From Eledone cirrhosa (Eukaryota), in the NCBI GenBank assembly GCA_964016885.1, contig OZ024741.1, positions 396,242,001 through 396,306,000 of the forward strand: DNA of 64,000 nucleotides, in the 5' to 3' direction. The notes under the pieces were generated by a model, which saw only the letters and a list, made by a program, of their open reading frames with translations, was not told the origin of the DNA and ran no database searches. Positions 14,850 to 29,400 of this stretch are shown here, piece after piece; positions within the stretch are counted from its first letter, which is position 1, and the number at the start of each line of letters is the position of its first letter. The position numbers were made by a program, and so were the translations under genes.

Positions 14850-17800
14850 CCACACCACAAGGGTCAAAGTGCATCAATCAGTCACACCACAAGAGTCAAA
14901 GTGCATCAATCAGTCACACCACAAGGGTCAAAGTGCATCAATCAGTCACACCTCAAGGGTCAAAGTGCATCAATCAGTCACACCACAAGAGTCAAAGTGC
15001 ATCAATCAGTCACACCACAAGAGTCAAAGTGCATCAATCAGTCATACCACAAGGGTCAAATTCCTTCAATCAGTCACACCACAAGGGTCAAAGTGCATCA
15101 ATCAGTCACACCACAAGGGTCAAAGTGCATCAATCAGTCACACCACAAGAGTCAAATTGCTTCAATCAGTCACACCACAAGGGTCAAATTCCTTCAATCA
15201 GTCACACCACAAGGGTCAAAGTGCATCAATCAGTCACACCACAAGGGTCAAAATGCATCAATCAGTCACACCACAAGGGTCAAATTCCTTCAATCAGTCA
15301 CACCACAAGGGTCAAAGTGCATCAATCAGTCACACCACAAGGGTCAAACTGCATCAATCAGTCACACCACAATGGTCAAAGTGCATCAATCAGTCACACC
15401 ACAAGGGTCAAAGTGCATCAATCAGTCACACCACAAGGGTCAAACTGCATCAATCAGTCACACCACAAGGGTCAAACTGCATCAATCAGTCACACCACAA
15501 AGGTCAAAGTGCATCAATCAGTCACACCACAAGGGTCAAAGTGCATCAATCAGTCACACCACAAGGGTCATAGTGTTTCAATCAGTCACACCACAAGGGT
15601 CAAAGTGCATCAATCAGTCACACCACAAGGGTCAAAGTGCATCAATCAGTCACACCACAAGAGTCAAAGTGCATCAATCAGTCACACCACAAGGGTCAAA
15701 GTGCATCAATCAGTCACACCACAAGGGCCAAAGTGCATCAATCAGTCACACCACAAGAGTCAAAGTGCATCAATCAGTCACACCACAAGGGTCAAATTCC
15801 TTCAATCAGTCACACCACAAGAGTCAAAGTGCATCAATCAGTCACACCACAAGGGTCAAAGTGCATCAATCAGTTACACCACAAGGGTCAAAGTGCATCA
15901 ATCAGTCACACCACAAGGGTCAAATTCCTTCAATCAGTCACACCACAAGAGTCAAAGTGCATCAATCAGTCACACCACAAGAGTCAAAGTGCATCAATCA
16001 GTCACACAACAAGGGTCAAAGTGCATCAATCAGCCACACCACAAGGGTCAAAGTGCATCAATCAGTCACACCACAAGGGTCAAAGTGCATCAATCAGTCA
16101 CACCACAAGAGTCAAAGTGCATCAATCAGTCACACCACAAGGGTCAAAGTGCATCAATCAGTCACACCACAAGGGTCAAAGTGCATCAATCAGTCACACC
16201 ACAAGGGTCAAAGTGCATCAATCAGTCACACCACAAGGGTCAAAGTGCATCAATCAGTCACACCACAAGGGTCGAAGTGCATCAATCAGTCACACCACAA
16301 GGGTCAAATTCCTTCATTCAGTCACACCACAAGGGTCAAAGTGCATCAATCAGTCACACCACAAGTGTCAAAGTGCATCAATCAGACACACCACAAGGGT
16401 CAAAGTGCATCAATCAGTCACACCACAAGGGTCAAAGTGCATCACAGTCACACCACATGGGTCAAAGTGCATCAATCAGTCACACCACAAGGGTCAAAGT
16501 GCATCAATCAGTCACACCACAAGAGTCAAAGTGCATCAATCAGCCACACCACAAGGGTCAAAGTGCATCAATCAGTCACACCACAAGGGTCAAAGTGCAT
16601 CAATCAGTCAGACCACAAGGGTCAAAGTGAATCAATCAGTCACACCACAAGGGTCAAAGTGCATCAATCAGTCACACCACAAGGGTCAAAGTGCATCAAT
16701 CAGTCACACCACAAGAGTCAAAGTGCATCAATCAGTCACACCACAAGAGTCAAAGTGCATCAATCAGTCACACCACAAGGGTCAAATTCCTTCAATCAGT
16801 CACACCACAAGGGTCAAAGTGCATCAATCAGTCACACCACAAGAGTTAAAGTGCATCAATCAGTCACACCACAAGAGTCAAAGTGCATCAATCAGTCACA
16901 CCACAAGGGTCAAAGTGCATCAATCAGCCACACCACAAGGGTCAAAGTGCATCAATCAGTCACACCACAAGAGTCAAAGTGCATTAATCAGTCACACCAC
17001 AAGAGTCAAATTGCATCAATCAGTCACACCACAAGGGTCAACGTGCATCAATCAGTATCACAACAAGAGTCAAAGAGCATCAATCAGTCACACCACAAGG
17101 GTCAACGTGCATCAATCAGTCACACCACAAGGTTCAAAGTGCATCAATCAGTCACACCACAAGGGTCAAAGTGCATCAATCAGTAACACCACAAGAGTCA
17201 AAGAGCATCAATCAGTCACACCACAAGGGTCAACGTGCATCAATCAGTCACACCACAAGGGTCAAAGTGCATCAATCAGTCACACTACAAGGGTCAAAGT
17301 GCATCAATCAGTCACACCACAAGGGTCAAAGTGCATCAATCAGCCACACCACAAGGGTCAAAGTGCATCAATCAGTCACACCACAAGGGTCAAAGTGCAT
17401 CAATCAGCCACACCACAAGGGTCAAAGTGCATCAATCAGTCACACCACAAGGGTCAAAGTGTATCAATCAGTCACACCACAAGAGTCAAAGTGCATCAAT
17501 CAGTCACACCACAAGGGTCAGATTCCTTCAATCAGTCACACCACAAGAGTCAAAGTGCATCAATCAGTCACACCACAAGGGTCAAAGTGCATCAATCAGT
17601 CACACCACAAGGGTCAAAGTGTTTCAATCAGTCACACCACAAGGGTCAAAGTGCATCAATCAGTCACACCACAAGGGTCAAAGTATTTCAATCAGTCACA
17701 CCACAAGGGTCAAAGTGCATCAATCAGTCACACCACAAGAGTGAAAGTGCATCAATCAGTCACACCACAAGGGTCAAAGTGCATCAATCAGTCACACCAC

Positions 17801-20300
17801 AAGGGTCAAAGTGCATCAATCAGTCACACCACAAGAGTCAAAGTGCATCAATCAGTCACACCACAAGGGTCAAAGTGCATCAATCAGTCACACCTCAAGG
17901 GTCAAAGTGCATCAATCAGTCACACCACAAGAGTCAAAGTGCATCAATCAGTCACACCACAAGAGTCAAAGTGCATCAATCAGTCATACCACAAGGGTCA
18001 AATTCCTTCAATCAGTCACACCACAAGGGTCAAAGTGCATCAATCAGTCACACCACAAGGGTCAAAGTGCATCAATCAGTCACACCACAAGAGTCAAATT
18101 GCTTCAATCAGTCACACCACAAGGGTCAAATTCCTTCAATCAGTCACACCACAAGGGTCAAAGTGCATCAATCAGTCACACCACAAGGGTCAAAATGCAT
18201 CAATCAGTCACACCACAAGGGTCAAATTCCTTCAATCAGTCACACCACAAGGGTCAAAGTGCATCAATCAGTCACACCACAAGGGTCAAACTGCATCAAT
18301 CAGTCACACCACAAGGGTCAAAGTGCATCAATCAGTCACACCACAAGGGTCAAAGTGCATCAATCAGTCACACCACAAGGGTCAAACTGCATCAATCAGT
18401 CACACCACAAGGGTCAAACTGCATCAATCAGTCACACCACAAGGGTCAAAGTGCATCAATCAGTCACACCACAAGGGTCAAAGTGCATCAATCAGTCACA
18501 CCACAAGGGTCATAGTGTTTCAATCAGTCACACCACAAGGGTCAAAGTGCATCAATCAGTCACACCACAAGGGTCAAAGTGCATCAATCAGTCACACCAC
18601 AAGAGTCAAAGTGCATCAATCAGTACACCACAAGGGTCAAAGTGCATCAATCAGTCACACCACAAGGGTCAAAGTGCATCAATCAGTCACACCACAAGAG
18701 TCAAAGTGCATCAATCAGTCACACCACAAGGGTCAAATTCCTTCAATCAGTCACACCACAAGAGTCAAAGTGCATCAATCAGTCACACCACAAGGGTCAA
18801 AGTGCATCAATCAGTTACACCACAAGGGTCAAAGTGCATCAATCAGTCACACCACAAGGGTCAAATTCCTTCAATCAGTCACACCACAAGAGTCAAAGTG
18901 CATCAATCAGTCACACCACAAGAGTCAAAGTGCATCAATCAGTCACACAACAAGGGTCAAAGTGCATCAATCAGCCACACCACAAGGGTCAAAGTGCATC
19001 AATCAGTCACACCACAAGGGTCAAAGTGCATCAATCAGTCACACCACAAGGGTCAAAGTGCATCAATCAGTCACACCACAAGGGTCAAAGTGCATCAATC
19101 AGTCACACCACAAGGGTCGAAGTGCATCAATCAGTCACACCACAAGGGTCAAATTCCTTCATTCAGTCACACCACAAGGGTCAAAGTGCATCAATCAGTC
19201 ACACCACAAGTGTCAAAGTGCATCAATCAGACACACCACAAGGGTCAACGTGCATCAATCAGTCACACCACAAGGGTCAAAGTGCATCACAGTCACACCA
19301 CATGGGTCAAAGTGCATCAATCAGTCACACCACAAGGGTCAAAGTGCATCAATCAGTCACACCACAAGAGTCAAAGTGCATCAATCAGCCACACCACAAG
19401 GGTCAAAGTGCATCAATCAGTCACACCACAAGGGTCAAAGTGCATCAATCAGTCAGACCACAAGGGTCAAAGTGGATCAATCAGTCACACCACAAGGGTC
19501 AAAGTGCATCAATCAGTCACACCACAAGGGTCAAAGTGCATCAATCAGTCACACCACAAGAGTCAAAGTGCATCAATCAGTCACACCACAAGAGTCAAAG
19601 TGCATCAATCAGTCACACCACAAGGGTCAAATTCCTTCAATCAGTCACACCACAAGGGTCAAAGTGCATCAATCAGTCACACCACAAGAGTTAAAGTGCA
19701 TCAATCAGTCACACCACAAGAGTCAAAGTGCATCAATCAGTCACACCACAAGGGTCAAAGTGCATCAATCAGCCACACCACAAGGGTCAAAGTGCATCAA
19801 TCAGTCACACCACAAGAGTCAAAGTGCATTAATCAGTCACACCACAAGAGTCAAATTGCATCAATCAGTCACACCACAAGGGTCAACGTGCATCAATCAG
19901 TATCACCACAAGAGTCAAAGAGCATCAATCAGTCACACCACAAGGGTCAACGTGCATCAATCAGTCACACCACAAGGTTCAAAGTGCATCAATCAGTCAC
20001 ACCACAAGGGTCAAAGTGCATCAATCAGTAACACCACAAGAGTCAAAGAGCATCAATCAGTCACACCACAAGGGTCAACGTGCATCAATCAGTCACACCA
20101 CAAGGGTCAAAGTGCATCAATCAGTCACACTACAAGGGTCAAAGTGCATCAATCAGTCACACCACAAGGGTCAAAGTGCATCAATCAGCCACACCACAAG
20201 GGTCAAAGTGCATCAATCAGTCACACCACAAGGGTCAAAGTGCATCAATCAGCCACACCACAAGGGTCAAAGTGCATCAATCAGTCACACCACAAGGGTC
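14850..20300 (+). repeat. HOR domain 2: two copies of a ~2.85-2.94-kb unit
   Basis: Paired markers: GGGTCATAGTG (~15566/18508, offset 2942), GTCGAAG (16271/19116, offset 2845), the 30-bp monomer GCATCACAG...CATGG (~16440/19285), GCATTAAT (~16981/19826). ORFs 17171/20016 and 17235/20080 are offset by 2845. Confidence 0.85.
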
Positions 20301-20429
20301 AAAGTGTTTCAATCAGTCACACCACAAGGGTCTAGGTGCATCAATCAGTCACACCACAAGGGTCAAAGTATTTCAATCAGTCACACCACAAGGGTCAAAG
20401 TGCATCAATCAGTCACACCACAAGAGTGA

Positions 20430-23400
20430 AAGTGCATCAATCAGTCACACCACAAGGGTCAAAGTGCATCAATCAGTCACACCACAAGGGTCAAATTCCT
20501 TCAATCAGTCACACCACAAGGGTCAAATTCCTTCAATCAGTCACACCACAAGGGTCAAATTGCATCAATCAGTCACACCACAAGGGTCAAAGTGTTTCAA
20601 TCAGTCACACCACAAGGGTCAAAGTGCATCAATCAGTCACACCACAAGGGTCAAAGTGTTTCAATCAGTCACACCACAAGGGTCAAAGTGAATCAATCAG
20701 TCACACCACAAGGGTCAAAGTGTTTCAATAAGTCACACCACAAGGGTCAAATTCCTTCAATCAGTCACCACAAGGGTCAAAGTGCATCAATCAGTCACAC
20801 GACAAGAGTCAAAGTGCTTCAATCAGTCACACCACAAGGGTCAAATTCCTTCAATCAGTCACACCACAAGTGTCAAAGTGCATCAATCAGTCACAGCACA
20901 AGAGTCAAAGTGCATCAATCAGTCACACCACAAGGATCAAAGTGCATCAATCAGCCACACCACAAGGGTCAAAGTGCATCAATCAGTCACACCACAAGAG
21001 TCAAAGTGCATCAATCAGTGACACCACAAGGGTCAAAGTGCATCAATCAGTCACACCACAAGGGTCAAAGTGTTTCAATCAGTCACACCACAAGGGTCAA
21101 AGTGCATCAATCAGTCACACCACAAGAGTCAAAGTGCATCAATCAGTCACACCACAAGGGTCAAAGTGCATCAATCAGTCACACCACAAGGTTCAAAGTG
21201 CATCAATCAGTCACACCACAAGAGTCAAAGTGCATCAATCAGTCACACCACAAGGGTCAAAGTGCATCAATCAGTTACACCACAAGGGTCAAAGTGCATC
21301 AATCAGTCACACCACAAGGGTCAAATTCCTTCAATCAGTCACACCACAAGGGTCAAAGTGCATCAATCAGTCACACCACAAGAGTCAAAGTGCATCAATC
21401 AGTCACACAACAAGGGTCAAAGTGCATCAATCAGCCACACCACAAGGGTCAAAGTGCATCAATCAGTCACACCACAAGGGTCAAAGTGCATCAATCAGTC
21501 ACACCACAAGAGTCAAAGTGCATCAATCAGTCACACCACAAGGGTCAAAGTGCATCAATCAGTCACACCACAAGGGTCAAAGTGCATCAATCAGTCACAC
21601 CACAAGGGTCAAAGTGCATCAGTCAGTTACACCACAAGAGTCAAAGTGCATCAATCAGTCACACCACAAGAGTCAAAGTGCATCGATCAGTCACACCACA
21701 AAAGTCAAAGTGCATCAATCAGTTACACCACAAGAGTCAAAGTGCATCAATCAGTCACACCACAAGGGTCAAAGTGCATCGATCAGCCACACCACAAGGG
21801 TCAAAGTACATCAATCAGTTACACCACAAGAGTCAAAGTGCATCAATCAGTTACACCACAAGAGTCAAAGTGCATCAATCAGTCACACCACAAGAGTCAA
21901 AGTGCTTCAATCAGTCACACCACAAGGGTCAAAATCCTTCAATCAGTTACACCACAAGAGTCAAAGTGCATCAATCAGTCACACCACAAGGGTCAAAGTG
22001 TTTCAATCAGTCACACCACAAGTGTCAAAGTGCATCAATCAGTCACACCACAAGAGTCAAAGTGCATCAATCAGTCACACCACAAGGGTCAAAGTGCATC
22101 AATCAGTCACACCACAAGGGTCAAAGTGTTTCAATCAGTCACACCACAAGGGTCAAAGTGCATCAATCAGTCACACCACAAGGGTCAAAGTGCATCAATC
22201 AGTCACACCACAAGGGTCAAAGTGCATCAATCAGTCACACCACAAGGGTCAAATTCCTTCAATCAATCACACCACAAGGGTCAAAGTGTTTCAATCAGTC
22301 ACACCACAAGGGTCAAAGTGCATCAATCAGTCACACCACTAGGGTCAAAGTGCATCAATCAGTCACACCACAAGGGTCAAATTCCTTCAATCAGTCACAC
22401 CACAAGGGTCAACTGTTTCAATCAGTCACACCACAAGGGTCAAAGTGCATCAATCAGCCACACAACAAGAGTTAAAGTGCAACAATCAGTCACACCACAA
22501 GGGTCAAAATGCATCAATCAGTCACACCACAAGGGTCAAAGTGCATCAATCAGTCACACCATAAGGGTCAAAGTGCATCAATCAGCCACACCACAAGGGT
22601 CAAAGTGCATCAATCAGTCACACCACAAGGGTCAAAGTGCATCAATCAGCCACACCACAAGGGTCAAAGTGCATCAATCAGTCACACCACAAGAGTCAAA
22701 GTGCATCAATCAGCCACACCACAAGAGTCAAAGTGCATCAATCAGTTACACCACAAGAGTCAAAGTGCATCAATCAGTCACACCACAAGGGTCAAAGTGC
22801 ATCGATCAGCCACACCACAAGGGTCAAAGTACATCAATCAGTTACACCACAAGAGTCAAAGTGCATCAATCAGTTACACCACAAGAGTCAAAGTGCATCA
22901 ATCAGTCACACCACAAGAGTCAAAGTGCATCAATCAGTTACACCACAAGAGTCAAAGTGCATCAATCAGTCACACCACAAGAGTCAAAGTGCATCGATCA
23001 GTCACACCACAAGAGTCAAAGTGCATCAATCAGTTACACCACAAGAGTCAAAGTGCATCAATCAGTCACACTACAAGGGTCAAAGTGCATCAATCAGTTA
23101 CACCACAAGAGTCAATGTGCATCAATCAGTTACACCACAAGAGTCAAAGTGCATCAATCAGACACACCACAAGGGTCAAAGTGCATCAATCAGTTACACC
23201 ACAAGAGTCAAAGTGCATCAATCAGTTACACCACAAGAGTCAAAGTGCATCAATCAGTCACACCACAAGAGTCAAAGTGCATCAATCAGTCACACCACAA
23301 GGGTCAAAGTGCATCAATCAGTCACACCACAAGGGTCAAAGTGCATCAATCAGTCACACCACAAGAGTCAAAGTGCATCAATCAGTCACACCACAAGGGT

Positions 23401-26400
23401 CAATGTGCATCAATCAGTTACAACACAAGGGTCAAAGTGCATCAATCAGTCACACCACAAGAGTGAAAGTGCATCAATCAGTCACACCACAAGGGTCAAA
23501 GTGCATCAATCAGTCACACCACAAGGGTCAAATTCCTTCAATCAGTCACACCACAAGGGTCAAATTCCTTCAATCAGTCACACCACAAGGGTCAAATTGC
23601 ATCAATCAGTCACACCACAAGGGTCAAAGTGTTTCAATCAGTCACACCACAAGGGTCAAAGTGCATCAATCAGTCACACCACAAGGGTCAAAGTGTTTCA
23701 ATCAGTCACACCACAAGGGTCAAAGTGAATCAATCAGTCACACCACAAGGGTCAAAGTGTTTCAATAAGTCACACCACAAGGGTCAAATTCCTTCAATCA
23801 GTCACACCACAAGGGTCAAAGTGCATCAATCAGTCACACGACAAGAGTCAAAGTGCTTCAATCAGTCACACCACAAGGGTCAAATTCCTTCAATCAGTCA
23901 CACCACAAGGGTCAAAGTGCATCAATCAGTCACAGCACAAGAGTCAAAGTGCATCAATCAGTCACACCACAAGGATCAAAGTGCATCAATCAGCCACACC
24001 ACAAGGGTCAAAGTGCATCAATCAGTCACACCACAAGAGTCAAAGTGCATCAATCAGTGACACCACAAGGGTCAAAGTGCATCAATCAGTCACACCACAA
24101 GGGTCAAAGTGTTTCAATCAGTCACACCACAAGGGTCAAAGTGCATCAATCAGTCACACCACAAGAGTCAAAGTGCATCAATCAGTCACACCACAAGGGT
24201 CAAAGTGCATCAATCAGTCACACCACAAGGGTCAAAGTGCATCAATCAGTCACACCACAAGAGTCAAAGTGCATCAATCAGTCACACCACAAGGGTCAAA
24301 GTGCATCAATCAGTTACACCACAAGGGTCAAAGTGCATCAATCAGTCACACCACAAGGGTCAAATTCCTTCAATCAGTCACACCACAAGGGTCAAAGTGC
24401 ATCAATCAGTCACACCACAAGAGTCAAAGTGCATCAATCAGTCACACAACAAGGGTCAAAGTGCATCAATCAGCCACACCACAAGGGTCAAAGTGCATCA
24501 ATCAGTCACACCACAAGGGTCAAAGTGCATCAATCAGTCACACCACTAGAGTCAAAGTGCATCAATCAGTCACACCACAAGGGTCAAAGTGCATCAATCA
24601 GTCACACCACAAGGGTCAAAGTGCATCAATCAGTCACACCACAAGGGTCAAAGTGCATCAGTCAGTTACACCACAAGAGTCAAAGTGCATCAATCAGTCA
24701 CACCACAAGAGTCAAAGTGCATCGATCAGTCACACCACAAAAGTCAAAGTGCATCAATCAGTTACACCACAAGAGTCAAAGTGCATCAATCAGTCACACC
24801 ACAAGGGTCAAAGTGCATCGATCAGCCACACCACAAGGGTCAAAGTACATCAATCAGTTACACCACAAGAGTCAAAGTGCATCAATCAGTTACACCACAA
24901 GAGTCAAAGTGCATCAATCAGTCACACCACAAGAGTCAAAGTGCTTCAATCAGTCACACCACAAGGGTCAAATTCCTTCAATCAGTTACACCACAAGAGT
25001 CAAAGTGCATCAATCAGTCACACCACAAGGGTCAAAGTGTTTCAATCAGTCACACCACAAGTGTCAAAGTGCATCAATCAGTCACACCACAAGAGTCAAA
25101 GTGCATCAATCAGTCACACCACAAGGGTCAAAGTGCATCAATCAGTCACACCACAAGGGTCAAAGTGTTTCAATCAGTCACACCACAAGGGTCAAAGTGC
25201 ATCAATCAGTCACACCACAAGGGTCAAAGTGCATCAATCAGTCACACCACAAGGGTCAAAGTGCATCAATCAGTCACACCACAAGGGTCAAATTCCTTCA
25301 ATCAATCACACCACAAGGGTCAAAGTGTTTCAATCAGTCACACCACAAGGGTCAAAGTGCATCAATCAGTCACACCACTAGGGTCAAAGTGCATCAATCA
25401 GTCACACCACAAGGGTCAAATTCCTTCAATCAGTCACACCACAAGGGTCAACTGTTTCAATCAGTCACACCACAAGGGTCAAAGTGCATCAATCAGTCAA
25501 ACAACAAGAGTTAAAGTGCAACAATCAGTCACACCACAAGGGTCAAAATGCATCAATCAGTCACACCACAAGGGTCAAAGTGCATCAATCAGTCACACCA
25601 TAAGGGTCAAAGTGCATCAATCAGCCACACCACAAGGGTCAAAGTGCATCAATCAGTCACACCACAAGGGTCAAAGTGCATCAATCAGCCACACCACAAG
25701 GGTCAAAGTGCATCAATCAGTCACACCACAAGAGTCAAAGTGCATCAATCAGCCACACCACAAGAGTCAAAGTGCATCAATCAGTTACACCACAAGAGTC
25801 AAAGTGCATCAATCAGTCACACCACACGGGTCAAAGTGCATCGATCAGCCACACCACAAGGGTCAAAGTACATCAATCAGTTACACCACAAGAGTCAAAG
25901 TGCATCAATCAGTTACACCACAAGAGTCAAAGTGCATCAATCAGTCACACCACAAGAGTCAAAGTGCATCAATCAGTTACACCACAAGAGTCAAAGTGCA
26001 TCAATCAGTCACACCACAAGAGTCAAAGTGCATCGATCAGTCACACCACAAGAGTCAAAGTGCATCAATCAGTTACACCACAAGAGTCAAAGTGCATCAA
26101 TCAGTCACACCACAAGGGTCAAAGTGCATCAATCAGTTACACCACAAGAGTCAATGTGCATCAATCAGTTACACCACAAGAGTCAAAGTGCATCAATCAG
26201 ACACACCACAAGGGTCAAAGTGCATCAATCAGTTACACCACAAGAGTCAAAGTGCATCAATCAGTTACACCACAAGAGTCAAAGTGCATCAATCAGTCAC
26301 ACCACAAGAGTCAAAGTGCATCAATCAGTCACACCACAAGGGTCAAAGTGCATCAATCAGTCACACCACAAGGGTCAAAGTGCATCAATCAGTCACACCA
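20430..26400 (+). repeat. HOR domain 3: two copies of a 3037-3039-bp unit (95 monomers)
   Basis: ORFs 21070/24109, 22509/25548 and 22637/25676 are offset by 3039. Paired markers: CACACGACAAG (~20796/23835), CAAGGATC (~20931/23970), CAGTGACAC (~21016/24055), ACAAAAGTC (~21698/24737). Confidence 0.87.
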
Positions 26401-29400
26401 CAAGAGTCAAAGTGCATCAATCAGTCACACCACAAGAGTCAATGTGCATCAATCAGTCACAACACAAGGGTCAAAGTGCATCAATCAGTCACACCACAAG
26501 GGTCAAAGTGCATCAATCAGTCACACCACAAGAGTCAAAGTGCATCAATCAGTCACACCACAAGGGTCAGATTCCTTCAATCAGTCACACCACAAGAGTC
26601 AAAGTGCATCAATCAGTCACACCACAAGGGTCAAAGTGCATCAATCAGTCACACCACAAGGGTCAAAGTGTTTCAATCAGTCACACCACAAGGGTCAAAG
26701 TGCATCAATCAGTCACACCACAAGGGTCAAAGTATTTCAATCAGTCACACCACAAGGGTCAAAGTGCTTCAATCAGTCACACCACAAGAGTGAAAGTGCA
26801 TCAATCAGTCACACCACAAGGGTCAAAGTGCATCAATCAGTCACACCACAAGTGTCGAATTCCTTCAATCAGTCACACCACAAGGGACAAATTCCTTCAA
26901 TCAGTCACACCACAAGGGTCAAATTGCATCAATCAGTCACACCACAAGGGTCAAAGTGTTTCAATCAGTCACACCACAAGGGTCAAAGTGCATCAATCAG
27001 TCACACCACAAGGGTCAAAGTGTTTCAATCAGTCACACCACAAGGGTCAAAGTGAATCAATCAGTCACACCACCAGGGTCAAAGTGTTTCAATAAGTCAC
27101 ACCACAAGGGTCAAATTCCTTCAATCAGTCACACCACAAGGGTCAAAGTGCATCAATCAGTCACACCCCAAGAGTCAAAGTGCTTCAATCAGTCACACCA
27201 CAAGGGTCAAATTCCTTCAATGAGTCACACCACAAGGGTCAAAGTGCATCAATCAGTCACAGCACAAGAGTCAAAGTGCATCAATCAGTCACACCACAAG
27301 GGTCAAAGTGCATCAATCAGCCACACCACAAGGGTCAAAGTGCATCAATCAGTCACACCACAAGAGTCAAAGTGCATCAATCAGTCACACCACAAGGGTC
27401 AAAGTGCATCAATCAGTCACACCTCAAGGGTCAAAGTGTATCAATCAGTCACACCACAAGAGTCAAAGTGCATCAATCAGTCACACCACAAGAGTCAAAG
27501 TGCATCAATCAGTCATACCACAAGGGTCAAATTCCTTCAATCAGTCACACCACAAGGGTCAAAGTGCATCAATCAGTCACACCACAAGGGTCAAAGTGCA
27601 TCAATCAGTCACACCACAAGAGTCAAATTGCTTCAATCAGTCACACCACAAGGGTCAAATTCCTTCAATCAGTCACACCACAAGGGTCAAAGTGCATCAA
27701 TCAGTCACACCACAAGGGTCAAAGTCCTTCAATCAGTCACACCACAAGGGTCAAAGTGCATCAATCAGTCACACCACAAGGGTCAAACTGCATCAATCAG
27801 TCACACCACAAGGGTCAAAGTGCATCAATCAGTCACACCACAAGGGTCAAAGTGCATCAATCAGTCACACCACAAGGGTCAAAGTGTTTCAATCAGTCAC
27901 ACCACAAGGGTCAAAGTGCATCAATCAGTCACACCACAAGGGTCAAAGTGCATCAATCAGTCACACCACAAGAGTCAAAGTGCATCAATCAGTCACACCA
28001 CAAGGGTCAAAGTGCATCAATCAGTTACACCACAAGAGTCAAAGTGCATCAATCAGTCACACCACAAGGGTCAAAGTGCATCGATCAGCCACACCACAAG
28101 GGTCAAAGTACATCAATCAGTTACACCACAAGAGTCAAATTGCATCAATCAGTTACACCACAAGAGTCAAAGTGCATCAATCAGTCACACCACAAGAGTC
28201 AAAGTGCATCAATCAGTTACACCACAAGAGTCAAAGTGCATCAATCAGTCACACCACAAGAGTCAAAGTGCATCGATCAGTCACACCACAAGAGTCAAAG
28301 TGCATCAATCAGTTACACCACAAGAGTCAAAGTGCATCAATCAGTCACACCACAAGGGTCAAAGTGCATCAATCAGTTACACCACAAGAGTCAATGTGCA
28401 TCAATCAGTTACACCACAAGAGTCAAAGTGCATCAATCAGACACACCACAAGGGTCAAAGTGCATCAATCAGTCACACCACAAGGGTCAAAGTGCATCAA
28501 TCAGTCACACCACAAGAGTCAAAGTGCATCAATCAGTCACACCACAAGGGTCAAAGTGCATCAATCAGTCACAACACAAGGGTCAAAGTGCATCAATCAG
28601 TCACACCACAAGGGTCAAAGTGCATCAATCAGTCACACCACAAGAGTCAAAGTGCATCAATCAGTCACACCACAAGGGTCAGATTCCTTCAATCAGTCAC
28701 ACCACAAGAGTCAAAGTGCATCAATCAGTCACACCACAAGGGTCAAAGTGCATCAATCAGTCACACCACAAGGGTCAAAGTGTTTCAATCAGTCACACCA
28801 CAAGGGTCAAAGTGCATCAATCAGTCACACCACAAGGGTCAAAGTATTTCAATCAGTCACACCACAAGGGTCAAAGTGCTTCAATCAGTCACACCACAAG
28901 AGTGAAAGTGCATCAATCAGTCACACCACAAGGGTCAAAGTGCATCAATCAGTCACACCACAAGGGTCGAATTCCTTCAATCAGTCACACCACAAGGGTC
29001 AAATTCCTTCAATCAGTCACACCACAAGGGTCAAATTGCATCAATCAGTCACACCACAAGGGTCAAAGTGTTTCAATCAGTCACACCACAAGGGTCAAAG
29101 TGCATCAATCAGTCACACCACAAGGGTCAAAGTGCATCAATCAGTCACACCACAAAGGTCAAAGTGCATCAATAAGTCACACCACAAGAGTCAAAGTGCA
29201 TCAATCAGTCACACCACAAGGGTCAAAGTGCATCAATCAGTCACACCACAAGGGTCAAAGTGCATCAATCAGTCACACCACAAGGGTCAAAGTGCATCAA
29301 TCAGTCACACCACAAGGGTCAAAGTGCATCAATCAGTCACACCACAAGGGTCGAAGTGCATCAATCAGTCACACCACAAGGGTCAAATTCCTTCATTCAG